A stretch of DNA of 18,537 nt, taken from contig JANRIL010000043.1 of assembly GCA_033764955.1 (NCBI GenBank), positions 1 to 18,537 on the forward strand, read 5' to 3'. Shown here one piece after another: positions 6,706 through 15,225 of this stretch. The position numbers and the translations under genes are program-made. The notes under the pieces are model-generated. The model did no database searches and had not been told where the DNA came from. It saw only the letters and a program-made list of their open reading frames with translations. Source of the stretch: Cyanobacteriota bacterium (GTDB taxonomy: Bacteria; Cyanobacteriota; Cyanobacteriia; Thermostichales; Thermostichaceae). Position 1 is the stretch's first letter, and each line of letters begins with the position of its first letter.

Positions 6706-8709
6706 TCAACTGGCCGGCTTGGGATGACAGCAAGACTTCTGCTTGGGCTGAGCGGGGGGGACATCCAAAGCAGGATTGTGATCAAAAAAGCTGACGGGCT
6801 TGAGCATAAAACCTGCATAGGAGACAGGCATAACAGGCCAGTCTTCGGGGCGAGGAAGATGGGTCACCCCAAAGGTATACCAGACTACGATATCCGTGTT
6901 TTCAATGGAGCGATTGGCTTTTGTCCAGTGGGGCAAGCCATCCCCACCAGCATGTTGGTTGGGATAGTCTCCTGCTGGGAAGTTTTCCTGGGGATCCCAG
7001 GGGGTAACCCAGAGGTGGTTTGCCAAAAAGCCCGCCCGCTTCATCAGACTGGAATGGGGATCCGCCAATGGCAGGACGGTGGCTTCTCCGGGCATCAGTT
7101 TATAGCCGACCGCCTGACCCAAACGGTTGGTGACGGTAGGGTTCACTACTTTCCAATAGCGACCACGCAACGGATCGGCCTTTTGTTGGGCTGCGGATTC
7201 GGTTTTTAAGAGGGTAGATTTGGCAACAAAGGCATTGCCATAGGGATTGGTTGGCCCTATGGGTTCTGCTTCCCCATGCACTTCGTAAATAGAGTTATGG
7301 CAGCCATCAATCTGCATATCCAAACGCATGTTAAAGAAATGTTGATGGATCAACCCATACAGTTGAGGAGCCACAAGCGTGCCATAGTGGGGAACTTCTC
7401 CCGGCATTCCGGCGGCGGTGTTGATGATACCCGTTAACTTGACCTCAAATTGAATGGTGCCATCTTGATAGAGATACCAAAAGAAGCCGTAATCATAGTT
7501 GCCAACAGTCGTAAAAAAAGAAATCACCAAGCGGCGAGAACGACGAACTTCGGAGCGCTGGGTGCGCCAATCGCTGTGTTTCCAGAGGATGCCGAAGTCT
7601 TCTTCGTGCATACAGACGGCGTTTTTGAGCACCTGTGGATGGCCGAAGTTATCCGCCATCACCGCGTCAAAATAATAGATTTCTCCCAAACAATCACAGC
7701 CTAAGGTCAGAGAATTGGCCTGGGATCCCACCGCATATTCTCCGACATCGAAGGCATTTTTGCGGAAATGGGGGGTACGGGGATCCCCGTAGGGAACCAC
7801 CATCTCCGCCAGAGAGGCGCGATACAGAATGGGGCGCAGCCGGTCGTGATCGTGATAGGCCAGGGTGTGTAAAACCAATCCTTCTCGGGTATTAAAGCTG
7901 ATGCGAAAATCCCATTTTTGCCACTGCACATGATGACCGTTGACCCGAAAGCTGGCTCCTTCTGGTTGAGTGATTTCTAGGGGGCGGAGATCCTGGCGAA
8001 ATTCTTGCAACAAACTTTGGTCAAAGTTACCCGATTCCGGCGGTAGCGGTACTCCCCCTTCGTCTTCCAGCTTGAACAATTCCATGCGATTCAGATCAAT
8101 CACCGGATAAAGCCCATCAATCGGGCGAGCATAGCCATTGTCAAGGGGATGGGCGCGTAAGAAACATAAGCCTTTCACCAATCGCTTACCCGCCTCTTCG
8201 GCTAAGCCAAAGTTGCCGACTGTCCAATAATCCACCATCAGCAAGCTGGGATCCGTAATGCCCCGCCTAGCTAAAGCCGCTTGAAAGTCGGGATGCGCTC
8301 TGAGCAATTGATCGCACTCATGCACCTCCGCATCGAGGATGTAGGGTTGCACGCCGGGGAGAGACTGCCAGGATTCAACCCGTTGCTGAGAGAGGGAGAC
8401 CACCGCCTCGTAGGTGATGCCCGTCTGACGGTGCAGCAACAGCACAAAGGCCCGCCGCTCTGGTGAGGGATCCCCTTGGTCAAACGCCATCACGGATTGT
8501 TTGTTGGGTTCCTGTAAGGTAACGGTGGCAAATCGCCACTGCTTATCGATCGGATAGGTTTGCCGGAGGAGGTGAACCGCTTGGCGGATTTCCTCGGCGG
8601 TGAGGGGATCGAGGGGGTGGGTGGGTGGGCTAAGGCTAGGCTTTAGCGGAGTGGGCAGAGGGGTGTGGGTAGTTAATGGGGCAGCAATAGATGACATAAC
8701 AGGTGACAT
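6706..8709 (-). CDS. tynA: Copper/TPQ-dependent primary-amine oxidase
   Basis: HPLDPLT N-terminus, catalytic Asp in AFDVGEY, TPQ consensus TVGNYDY, Cu ligands HQH and THLPRPEDWPVMP. No obvious signal peptide. Confidence 0.95.
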   Translation of the reverse strand: MSPVMSSIAAPLTTHTPLPTPLKPSLSPPTHPLDPLTAEEIRQAVHLLRQTYPIDKQWRFATVTLQEPNKQSVMAFDQGDPSPERRAFVLLLHRQTGITYEAVVSLSQQRVESWQSLPGVQPYILDAEVHECDQLLRAHPDFQAALARRGITDPSLLMVDYWTVGNFGLAEEAGKRLVKGLCFLRAHPLDNGYARPIDGLYPVIDLNRMELFKLEDEGGVPLPPESGNFDQSLLQEFRQDLRPLEITQPEGASFRVNGHHVQWQKWDFRISFNTREGLVLHTLAYHDHDRLRPILYRASLAEMVVPYGDPRTPHFRKNAFDVGEYAVGSQANSLTLGCDCLGEIYYFDAVMADNFGHPQVLKNAVCMHEEDFGILWKHSDWRTQRSEVRRSRRLVISFFTTVGNYDYGFFWYLYQDGTIQFEVKLTGIINTAAGMPGEVPHYGTLVAPQLYGLIHQHFFNMRLDMQIDGCHNSIYEVHGEAEPIGPTNPYGNAFVAKSTLLKTESAAQQKADPLRGRYWKVVNPTVTNRLGQAVGYKLMPGEATVLPLADPHSSLMKRAGFLANHLWVTPWDPQENFPAGDYPNQHAGGDGLPHWTKANRSIENTDIVVWYTFGVTHLPRPEDWPVMPVSYAGFMLKPVSFFDHNPALDVPPAQPKQKSCCHPKPAS

Positions 8710-9309
8710 AATTCGATTTAGAAATCAACAAGAAATCAATAAATTACCGAGAAATCAGCAACAAGAACGGGGAAAACCCCAACAAAGTCTGAGTAATAAA
8801 CAGCGAAGTTTCTTTGAAATAACGAGACAGGGATCCCGTATTTTATGGTCGAGAAATGTCCCTGACTCTCAGCCAAATGAGTGGTTCAAGAGCAATGTAA
8901 GGATAACCCAATCGATTGGTTTCTCCCTTCTGCCTTTAGCGACTCAAAGCAAGAGATTGAGAAGATAATGGCCGGAATAGATAGATGGCCAGAAAGACAT
9001 CTGATCGACAGGCCAATGTTCAGAGCTATCAATGATTGACGAGAGATTAAACGAATTGGCCAAAATCTCTGCAAAATGTTCAAAATCCGTGATCGCAGGA
9101 ACGAGGAATTGGGGAAATCCTGATCCCGTTCATCGATTAGGATCGGCAACGGATAATCTCTGGTTATCCTATAGCTGAGAAGTTAAGTTAGGGAAAGTCT
9201 ACCTAGAGAGAGGCTCCAGCGTTAACTTAAGGTTGCTCAATTTGTTGACGTTTTTTTTGATAAAAGCAACGCTAACCAAAAGAAGAGGGGAGGGGATCGT
9301 GGAGAAGAA

Positions 9310-9326
9310 TATCAATAGTATTGATA
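9310..9326. promoter_or_regulatory. Perfect 8-1-8 inverted repeat, putative transcription-factor operator upstream of the amine oxidase
   Basis: TATCAATA-G-TATTGATA in a 900-bp intergenic region. The cognate regulator is unknown. Confidence 0.4.
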
Positions 9327-9608
9327 CGATCACCAAAAACACTAAAAAGCTGAATAGAAGTGAATTTGCAGAGTAGAGAGGGCAGCATAAAATAAGGTTT
9401 TTCTGAACGGCTTACAGGCTTATCGGTATCATGATCTGATTCCTGAACCCCGCCTGGATGGGCAATTCAAGAGCTTTAGTCTGCAAGTAATATAGCAGAG
9501 GGTTACAGGGGGTTGGCAAGGGCAATATTTAAAAAAATTAGGTAGGGATCCCCGGTTCCCCCAGCCAAATCTGAGGCAATCGGATCTCTTGTCCATTGCT
9601 ACCAAAGC

Positions 9609-12600
9609 TCAGGGCCAGTAGGGATCGCTGGCGGGTTGGTGCTGCCAAGTGATGTCATTTCCCCTAAACGATTGCAGGTGTAAAGCCTGACTAAAATCAG
9701 CACAAGCCCGTTCATAGTCTCCAATCTGAGCCAGGGCTAGGCCACGATTTTGATAGATCCGCCCGTTTTGTGGATCCAACTGGAGGGCACGATCATAGTC
9801 AGCCAGAGCCGCTTCAGGATTGCCCTGCTGCATCCACAACAACCCACGATTGTTGTAGAGGGTGGGGCAGGAGTGAACCTGCCGTTCGATGGCGGCTTGG
9901 TAATCGCTCAGTGCCCCCACCGGATCGGACAATAGGCTTCTCACCAAGCCACGGTTGGCATAGGCATCTGCCAAATCGGGATCCAGACGCAGGGCTTCTG
10001 AAAATAACTGTAAAGCGGGATCCCATTCCTCCTGTTTGGCGGCCAGAATAGCTTGCCCCAGATAAGCGTCAGCCAAGCTGAGGGATCCCCAGCCCTGGTT
10101 GAGGGCAATCGCCTGCTGAAAATCCTGAGCAGCGCCCGTCCAATCCCCTTGGTGAGTGCGCGCCCACCCCCGCTGATAGAGGATCGCCGATCTGGCTTCT
10201 CCAAGCTCAAGTGCCCGTGAAAAATCAGCAATCGCCTCCTCCTGCCGCTGCCAAGCGACATAGACCAACCCTCGGTTAAAGTGGGCGATGGCCTGCTCCT
10301 GCCCTGACCCATGCGACTGCTCTATCACCTGCTGATAATCCGCAACGGCTGGCTCGAGGTTTTTTGCCTGAAAATGGGCGATCCCCCGGTGCAGGCGAGC
10401 CGTCACATCCTGGGGTTGTTGCTCTAACCAACGATTGAGATCCGGTAGGCAGGCGGCATCTCCCAAATAGCTATAGGCAAGCCCCCGCAGCCGATAGGGT
10501 TCCAGTTGCTGGGGATCCCTATTTAGATAGGCTTCACAGTCGGCTAGGGTTCCGGTATAGTCTCTGAGGTGGAGGCGCACCCTGGCTCGCAGCAGGTAAA
10601 GGTGCGGCTGATCAGGATCCCGTTGCAGGGCTTGGGTAAAGTCATCCAAGGCGATTTGCCATTGGCCGAGTTTTTCAGCAACCTGACCCCGCTGCTGGTA
10701 GATCTCCATCTGTTGAGTCACCGGGGCATCAGACGGCAACAACTGCAAAGCCTCAGTAAAGTCGGTGATAGCCGCTTCCAGATTGCCCTGACTGTCAAAC
10801 GCTTTACCCCGCTGCAGATAGAGATCACTATCCGGTTGCTGCCGTTGCAGGACTTGGGTAAGACTTGTCACCGCCCCTTGCGAATCTCCCATCGCCAGGA
10901 GGGCTTTACCCCGCAACCGTTGAGCGAGCAGATGGTCGGGATGGAGCGTGAGGGTTTGGTCATAATCACTGATGGCTCCAGCAAGATCCCCCCGGTTAGT
11001 ACGCAGTTGCCCCCGTTGCAGATAGGCCTCCGGCAGATGCGGATTGCGTTGGATCACCTGGGTCAGATCCGCCTCGGATCCCTGCCAATCTCCGGTTTTA
11101 GCTCGCAGTCTGCCCCGCGCTAAAATAGCTTGCTCATGGTTAGGATCCTGAGCTAAGAGGGCTTCCAGTTCTTGCAGAGCTTCCTGATCCTGTCCCCGTT
11201 GTTCATAAAGGATGGCTCGTTGATAGCGAATGTCGAGACGGTGGGGATCCCGTTGCAGCAGACCATCAAAATCCCCCAAAGCTGCCGTCAGATCCCCATG
11301 TTCTAGCCAGAGATAGGCGCGCTGTTCGTAGGCTTGTCCCCAATCAAAGTCGGGGTGAATGCCCGACCGATCCTCGGTCGGAGAACTCATGGTGGCATGA
11401 TCAGCCTGTTCGAGAGCCGCCGTCAGATCCGCCAAAGCCAGGTGCTTTTGCCCCAAACGCAGATAAGCCAGTCCCCGTTGCAGATAACCGATCGCCATCG
11501 GTTGGAGGGCAATAGCCTGTTCAAAATCCTCCAAACAGCCTTCCGGATCCCCCAATTCTAGGCGAACCAACCCTCGATAATAATGAGCCTCTGGGTTTTG
11601 TGGTTGCAGGCGAGTCGCTTGAGAAAAATCTTGAAAGGCTCCTTCCAGCTCGCCAATTTGCCGCCGAGCGATCCCCCGCTCAAAATAGACGATGGGATCC
11701 TTGACATGTAAGCGCAGAGCTTGGTTCAGATCCACAACCGCCCCCTGCCACTCCCGCAAGCGAATCCGAATTTCTCCGCACCGCAGATAGGCAAGGGCAT
11801 GGTGGTCATCCCGCTGCAAAACCTGGACAAACTCCTGTAAAGCCGCTTCCCACTCCTGCCGTTGATAATAAAGGGATCCCCGCAGGTAATAGGCTTCGGC
11901 AGCCTCAGGATTGAGGGTGAGGGCTTGCTCCAGATCGGTGAGCGCCGCCTCGGGTTGATTGAGGGTGAGGAGAATCTTGGCGCGTTGACAGTAGACATCG
12001 GCTTCGGGGGTAGACAGCTCAATCGCCTGGGAAAAATCCGCCAGGGCTGCCCCGGCATCATCTAAACGCAGGTACAACAACCCCCGTTGCCAGTAGGCTT
12101 GATGTTGGTTGGCATCCAATTCGATGGATTGGTGAAAATCCTCCAGCGCTTGCCGAGTATTGCCCAACTGGGCTTGAGCGATGGCACGGTGAACATAGCA
12201 GGCGGCATGACTCGGTTGCTGTTGCAAAACACGACTAAAGTCGCTGATGGCTAACCGATAATTCTCCATCTGCAAAAGCACCAATCCCCGTTGCAGATAA
12301 CTAGCCAAATCTTGGGGATTCAGCTCGATAGCGCGGGTATAGTCGCTGATAGCGGGTTCAAGGGATCCCAGCTTGACAAAAGCCGCTGCCCGGTTGAAAT
12401 AGGTCTTGGCATCCTGATCGGCAATGGCTAGGGCACGGGTATAGTCCTCCACTGCCCCCTCCCAATCTTCCCAGGTGCTGCGGGCTACCCCGCGGTTGAA
12501 ATAAGCCTCACTATCCTGGGGATTTTTTTGCAAAACCTCAGAGAAATCCGCGAAAGCTGCTTGTGAATTTCCTAAAATTCCCTGCACGACTCCACGATAG

Positions 12601-13889
12601 AAATAAGCGCGGCTATCTTTTGGGTTGAGAGTAATTACCTGGGAATAATCATCTAGCGCCTGCTCAAAACGTTCTAATATGCGATAACAATTAGCACGAT
12701 AATAATAGGCTTCTGTCCACTTGGCATTCAGATCTAAAACAGAACTCAAATCTAAAATAGATTCTGTTAGTTGGTTTAATTTATAATAGGCAATTCCACG
12801 ATTAAAATAAATCTTGGCATCCGTGGGATCCCGTCGAATCACTTCCGAATAATCTTGAATAGCCCCAGATGTGTCTCCCAATTTATAACGAGCAAGGGCA
12901 CGGTTGCTGTAAGCACGAATATCATCAGAATTGAGTTGAATGGCGTGGTTAAACTCAAGAATCGCCCCTCGCACATCTCCTTTTTTGGCCTTGTCAATCC
13001 CCCGCATCAAAAAAACATCTTCGACACTCGGCAAAGAACTGTTAATACTTTCAACAGTAGAAAGGAGCAGAGGTCTGAGAGATTCCAAAACCTCAGCAGC
13101 ACTTTGATAACGTTGATAATCGACACAAACCAACTTATCGATCAGTTCCGCGAACGGTTGAGAAACCTGAGCAAAATGATGCCAAAGTAGGCGTCCTGTA
13201 GAGGGATCATCATGAATTTTATTGGGAGAGCGACCCGTGAGAGCTTGAATAATCAACGCCCCCACCGCGTAGAGATCACTACTAAATTTGGGCTTGCCCA
13301 GCAGTTGCTCGGAGGGCATAAAGCCAATCGATCCAATCACCGTTGAAGAGTTGGTCTGCCCTTGATCGTCGGTGAGCAATGCACTCACTTCTTTCACGGC
13401 TCCAAAATCAATCAACACCAGTTTTTTATCCTGCCGCCGCCGCCGTAAATTGGCAGGTTTAATATCGCGGTGAATCACTTCACGCCCATGCACCACCACC
13501 AAAATTTCTAAGATTTCTCTCAAGAGATTGAGGGCTTTATCCTCCGGCATAGATTGCCCCAAGGGCATTTCCTGGGTTAGATCATGCCCCTCAATAAACT
13601 CTTGTACCAAAAAGAACTCATTTGACTGTTCAAAATAATCAATTAAATCAGGGACTTGATCAAACCCATTCAGACGAGCCATTACCTTTGCTTCCCGCTC
13701 AAACAAGGTGCGAGCTGTCAACATGGTGTAGGCATCCGAGGATTGGGGACGCAGCCGCTTAACCACGCAGGTGATTCCCACCCGCAGGTTGGTGGCACGA
13801 TAGGTAATACCGAAGCCCCCTCGCCCCAATTCCTCTAGGATGCGATAGCGACCATCGAGTAATGTTCCCTTGCTGATGCTGTCACTCAT
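9609..13889 (-). CDS. Hanks-type serine/threonine protein kinase with 32 C-terminal TPR repeats
   Basis: LGRGGFG, VVKRL, HRDIKPAN, DFG, GFMPSEQ, SDLYAVG, then 32 approximately 34-aa TPR units (AYxxRG...AxxDFxxAxxLxP) counted by hand. Start is ATG 13889 or GTG 13892. Confidence 0.95.
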   Translation of the reverse strand: MSDSISKGTLLDGRYRILEELGRGGFGITYRATNLRVGITCVVKRLRPQSSDAYTMLTARTLFEREAKVMARLNGFDQVPDLIDYFEQSNEFFLVQEFIEGHDLTQEMPLGQSMPEDKALNLLREILEILVVVHGREVIHRDIKPANLRRRRQDKKLVLIDFGAVKEVSALLTDDQGQTNSSTVIGSIGFMPSEQLLGKPKFSSDLYAVGALIIQALTGRSPNKIHDDPSTGRLLWHHFAQVSQPFAELIDKLVCVDYQRYQSAAEVLESLRPLLLSTVESINSSLPSVEDVFLMRGIDKAKKGDVRGAILEFNHAIQLNSDDIRAYSNRALARYKLGDTSGAIQDYSEVIRRDPTDAKIYFNRGIAYYKLNQLTESILDLSSVLDLNAKWTEAYYYRANCYRILERFEQALDDYSQVITLNPKDSRAYFYRGVVQGILGNSQAAFADFSEVLQKNPQDSEAYFNRGVARSTWEDWEGAVEDYTRALAIADQDAKTYFNRAAAFVKLGSLEPAISDYTRAIELNPQDLASYLQRGLVLLQMENYRLAISDFSRVLQQQPSHAACYVHRAIAQAQLGNTRQALEDFHQSIELDANQHQAYWQRGLLYLRLDDAGAALADFSQAIELSTPEADVYCQRAKILLTLNQPEAALTDLEQALTLNPEAAEAYYLRGSLYYQRQEWEAALQEFVQVLQRDDHHALAYLRCGEIRIRLREWQGAVVDLNQALRLHVKDPIVYFERGIARRQIGELEGAFQDFSQATRLQPQNPEAHYYRGLVRLELGDPEGCLEDFEQAIALQPMAIGYLQRGLAYLRLGQKHLALADLTAALEQADHATMSSPTEDRSGIHPDFDWGQAYEQRAYLWLEHGDLTAALGDFDGLLQRDPHRLDIRYQRAILYEQRGQDQEALQELEALLAQDPNHEQAILARGRLRAKTGDWQGSEADLTQVIQRNPHLPEAYLQRGQLRTNRGDLAGAISDYDQTLTLHPDHLLAQRLRGKALLAMGDSQGAVTSLTQVLQRQQPDSDLYLQRGKAFDSQGNLEAAITDFTEALQLLPSDAPVTQQMEIYQQRGQVAEKLGQWQIALDDFTQALQRDPDQPHLYLLRARVRLHLRDYTGTLADCEAYLNRDPQQLEPYRLRGLAYSYLGDAACLPDLNRWLEQQPQDVTARLHRGIAHFQAKNLEPAVADYQQVIEQSHGSGQEQAIAHFNRGLVYVAWQRQEEAIADFSRALELGEARSAILYQRGWARTHQGDWTGAAQDFQQAIALNQGWGSLSLADAYLGQAILAAKQEEWDPALQLFSEALRLDPDLADAYANRGLVRSLLSDPVGALSDYQAAIERQVHSCPTLYNNRGLLWMQQGNPEAALADYDRALQLDPQNGRIYQNRGLALAQIGDYERACADFSQALHLQSFRGNDITWQHQPASDPYWP

Positions 13890-14017
13890 CACTCTTTGGC
13901 GGCGGATGGGGAATAAATTGGAGGGGAGGCTCGGCTACCCCCGTGAGACCAGCGGAACTCACTTTCCTTTATAGATCGCCCGGATAGAAATGAGCCAGAG
14001 CGAGGTCAAGGGATCCC

Positions 14018-14416
14018 TCAATCTTGCACATACTCACTTCCCTGCCAGAGGGCGGTCTCAGCTCGCTGCAACTCTCGCCCCAGATAAGCGGCATGGCTAA
14101 ACTGAGAAACAATCCCCTCATGATCCGGGTTTTCAAACAACTCAACACAAATTTCTTTGGCCGTGCGACCAGAAAAAATGCGTTCTGGAGGGCGATTGAG
14201 TTTGCCTTTGGCGGGAATCACCTTACCCGTTAAGGGATCAGTGGCGAGTCCTTGTTCATTGATAACCGTGCTGAAGTGCTTGGCATAAATCAAGGCATGA
14301 TCTCGATCCACATAAATGATGAAATAGCCTGCGGGATCCAATTGGAGAGGGCGTTGAGAAAGGTGATCATCAATGGCTTGTGCCGAATCGAGGCGAGAAA
14401 CAGACGAGGTGGTCAT
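14018..14416 (-). CDS. DUF4346 domain-containing protein
   Basis: LDPAGYFIIY, GRTAKE, HAAYLGREL and YVQD motifs. Start is ATG 14416 or the upstream codon at 14434. Confidence 0.85.
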   Translation of the reverse strand: MTTSSVSRLDSAQAIDDHLSQRPLQLDPAGYFIIYVDRDHALIYAKHFSTVINEQGLATDPLTGKVIPAKGKLNRPPERIFSGRTAKEICVELFENPDHEGIVSQFSHAAYLGRELQRAETALWQGSEYVQD

Positions 14417-14471
14417 GAGGGATCCATTATTCAAACAAATGAAACTAGGGAGGAATTCCTATCATAAACCC

Positions 14472-15137
14472 TTAATTTAAGTATGGGTCGAGGGATAAGG
14501 GTGCAGATTCCGTTTCTTTATTTTGACAGAAATTCTCTCGGTCGCCCATTTCGGGGAAGTGAGGGGATCCCTTTGGCAGGGCAGCATCCCCAATCGCCTC
14601 TCCCCACTGTTTGAGATTGAGGGCATAGCCCGCTACCACCAGATAGACCGGATCGGCTACGTGAGCTACCCGCTGGGTCAAATCTCCTAATCGATCCCGA
14701 AACAGCCGCCCCATAGCAAAAGCAGGCACGACACCCCAGCCTACTTCTTCCGCCACAATAATCACAGATAGACGGTTTTGAGCGGTTTCACGATATAAAA
14801 CCTCCAAAAAAACCTCCACCTCCTGCTGCCAATCCGGCGGCGCGGTATCCAATCGGGATCCCACCCACCCCCCTAAAGCATCAATTAAACAACAGTGGCG
14901 ATCCGGACACTCGGCAATCGCCCGCTCCAGATGATGGGAAATTTCCCAGGTTTGCCACTCAACCGGACGACGTTGGCGATGGAGGCGAATGCGTTCCGCC
15001 CACTCGGCATCTTCAGAAAAGCTCGCTGGTGGAGAAGTAGCAACATAAATAACCGGCCAACCGGATTGTTTGGCTAAAGATTCAGCATAAAAACTTTTTC
15101 CAGAACGGGTAGGACCCGTAATCAAAATCACAGACAT
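14472..15137 (-). CDS. cobU: Bifunctional adenosylcobinamide kinase / adenosylcobinamide-phosphate guanylyltransferase (CobU/CobP)
   Basis: ILITGPTRSGKS P-loop, YVAT, RIRLHRQRRP (GMP-accepting His), EEVGWGVVP, GRLFRDRLG, VYLVVAG. Confidence 0.95.
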   Translation of the reverse strand: MSVILITGPTRSGKSFYAESLAKQSGWPVIYVATSPPASFSEDAEWAERIRLHRQRRPVEWQTWEISHHLERAIAECPDRHCCLIDALGGWVGSRLDTAPPDWQQEVEVFLEVLYRETAQNRLSVIIVAEEVGWGVVPAFAMGRLFRDRLGDLTQRVAHVADPVYLVVAGYALNLKQWGEAIGDAALPKGSPHFPEMGDRENFCQNKETESAPLSLDPYLN

Positions 15138-15225
15138 TGGGAATACACTAGGGATCCAAAATAGGTCTTATAAACAAGATCTTACTTAGTCACATGATGG
15201 GGGTTACTTAAAAGGATGAGCATGA

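Noticed and set aside
6460..6733. Minus-strand ORFs 6460-6654 and 6533-6733 over the hairpin element
   Set aside because: No recognisable protein features; the sequence is better explained by RNA secondary structure.
8600..9149. ORFs 8600-8968 (+) and 8886-9149 (-)
   Set aside because: Atypical composition, weak starts, overlap with tynA or each other, and no family signal.
10541..10556. CGGCTAGGGTTCCGGT resembles the 5' motif of guanidine-I (ykkC) riboswitches
   Set aside because: It is antisense within the kinase CDS (encodes TGTLA), the downstream conserved riboswitch elements are absent and no gene follows on that strand.
9750..13838. Numerous antisense and alternate-frame ORFs within the kinase-TPR gene (and similar ones inside sufB, sufD and tynA)
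   Set aside because: Shadow ORFs expected from GC-rich coding sequence; the main frame is unambiguous.
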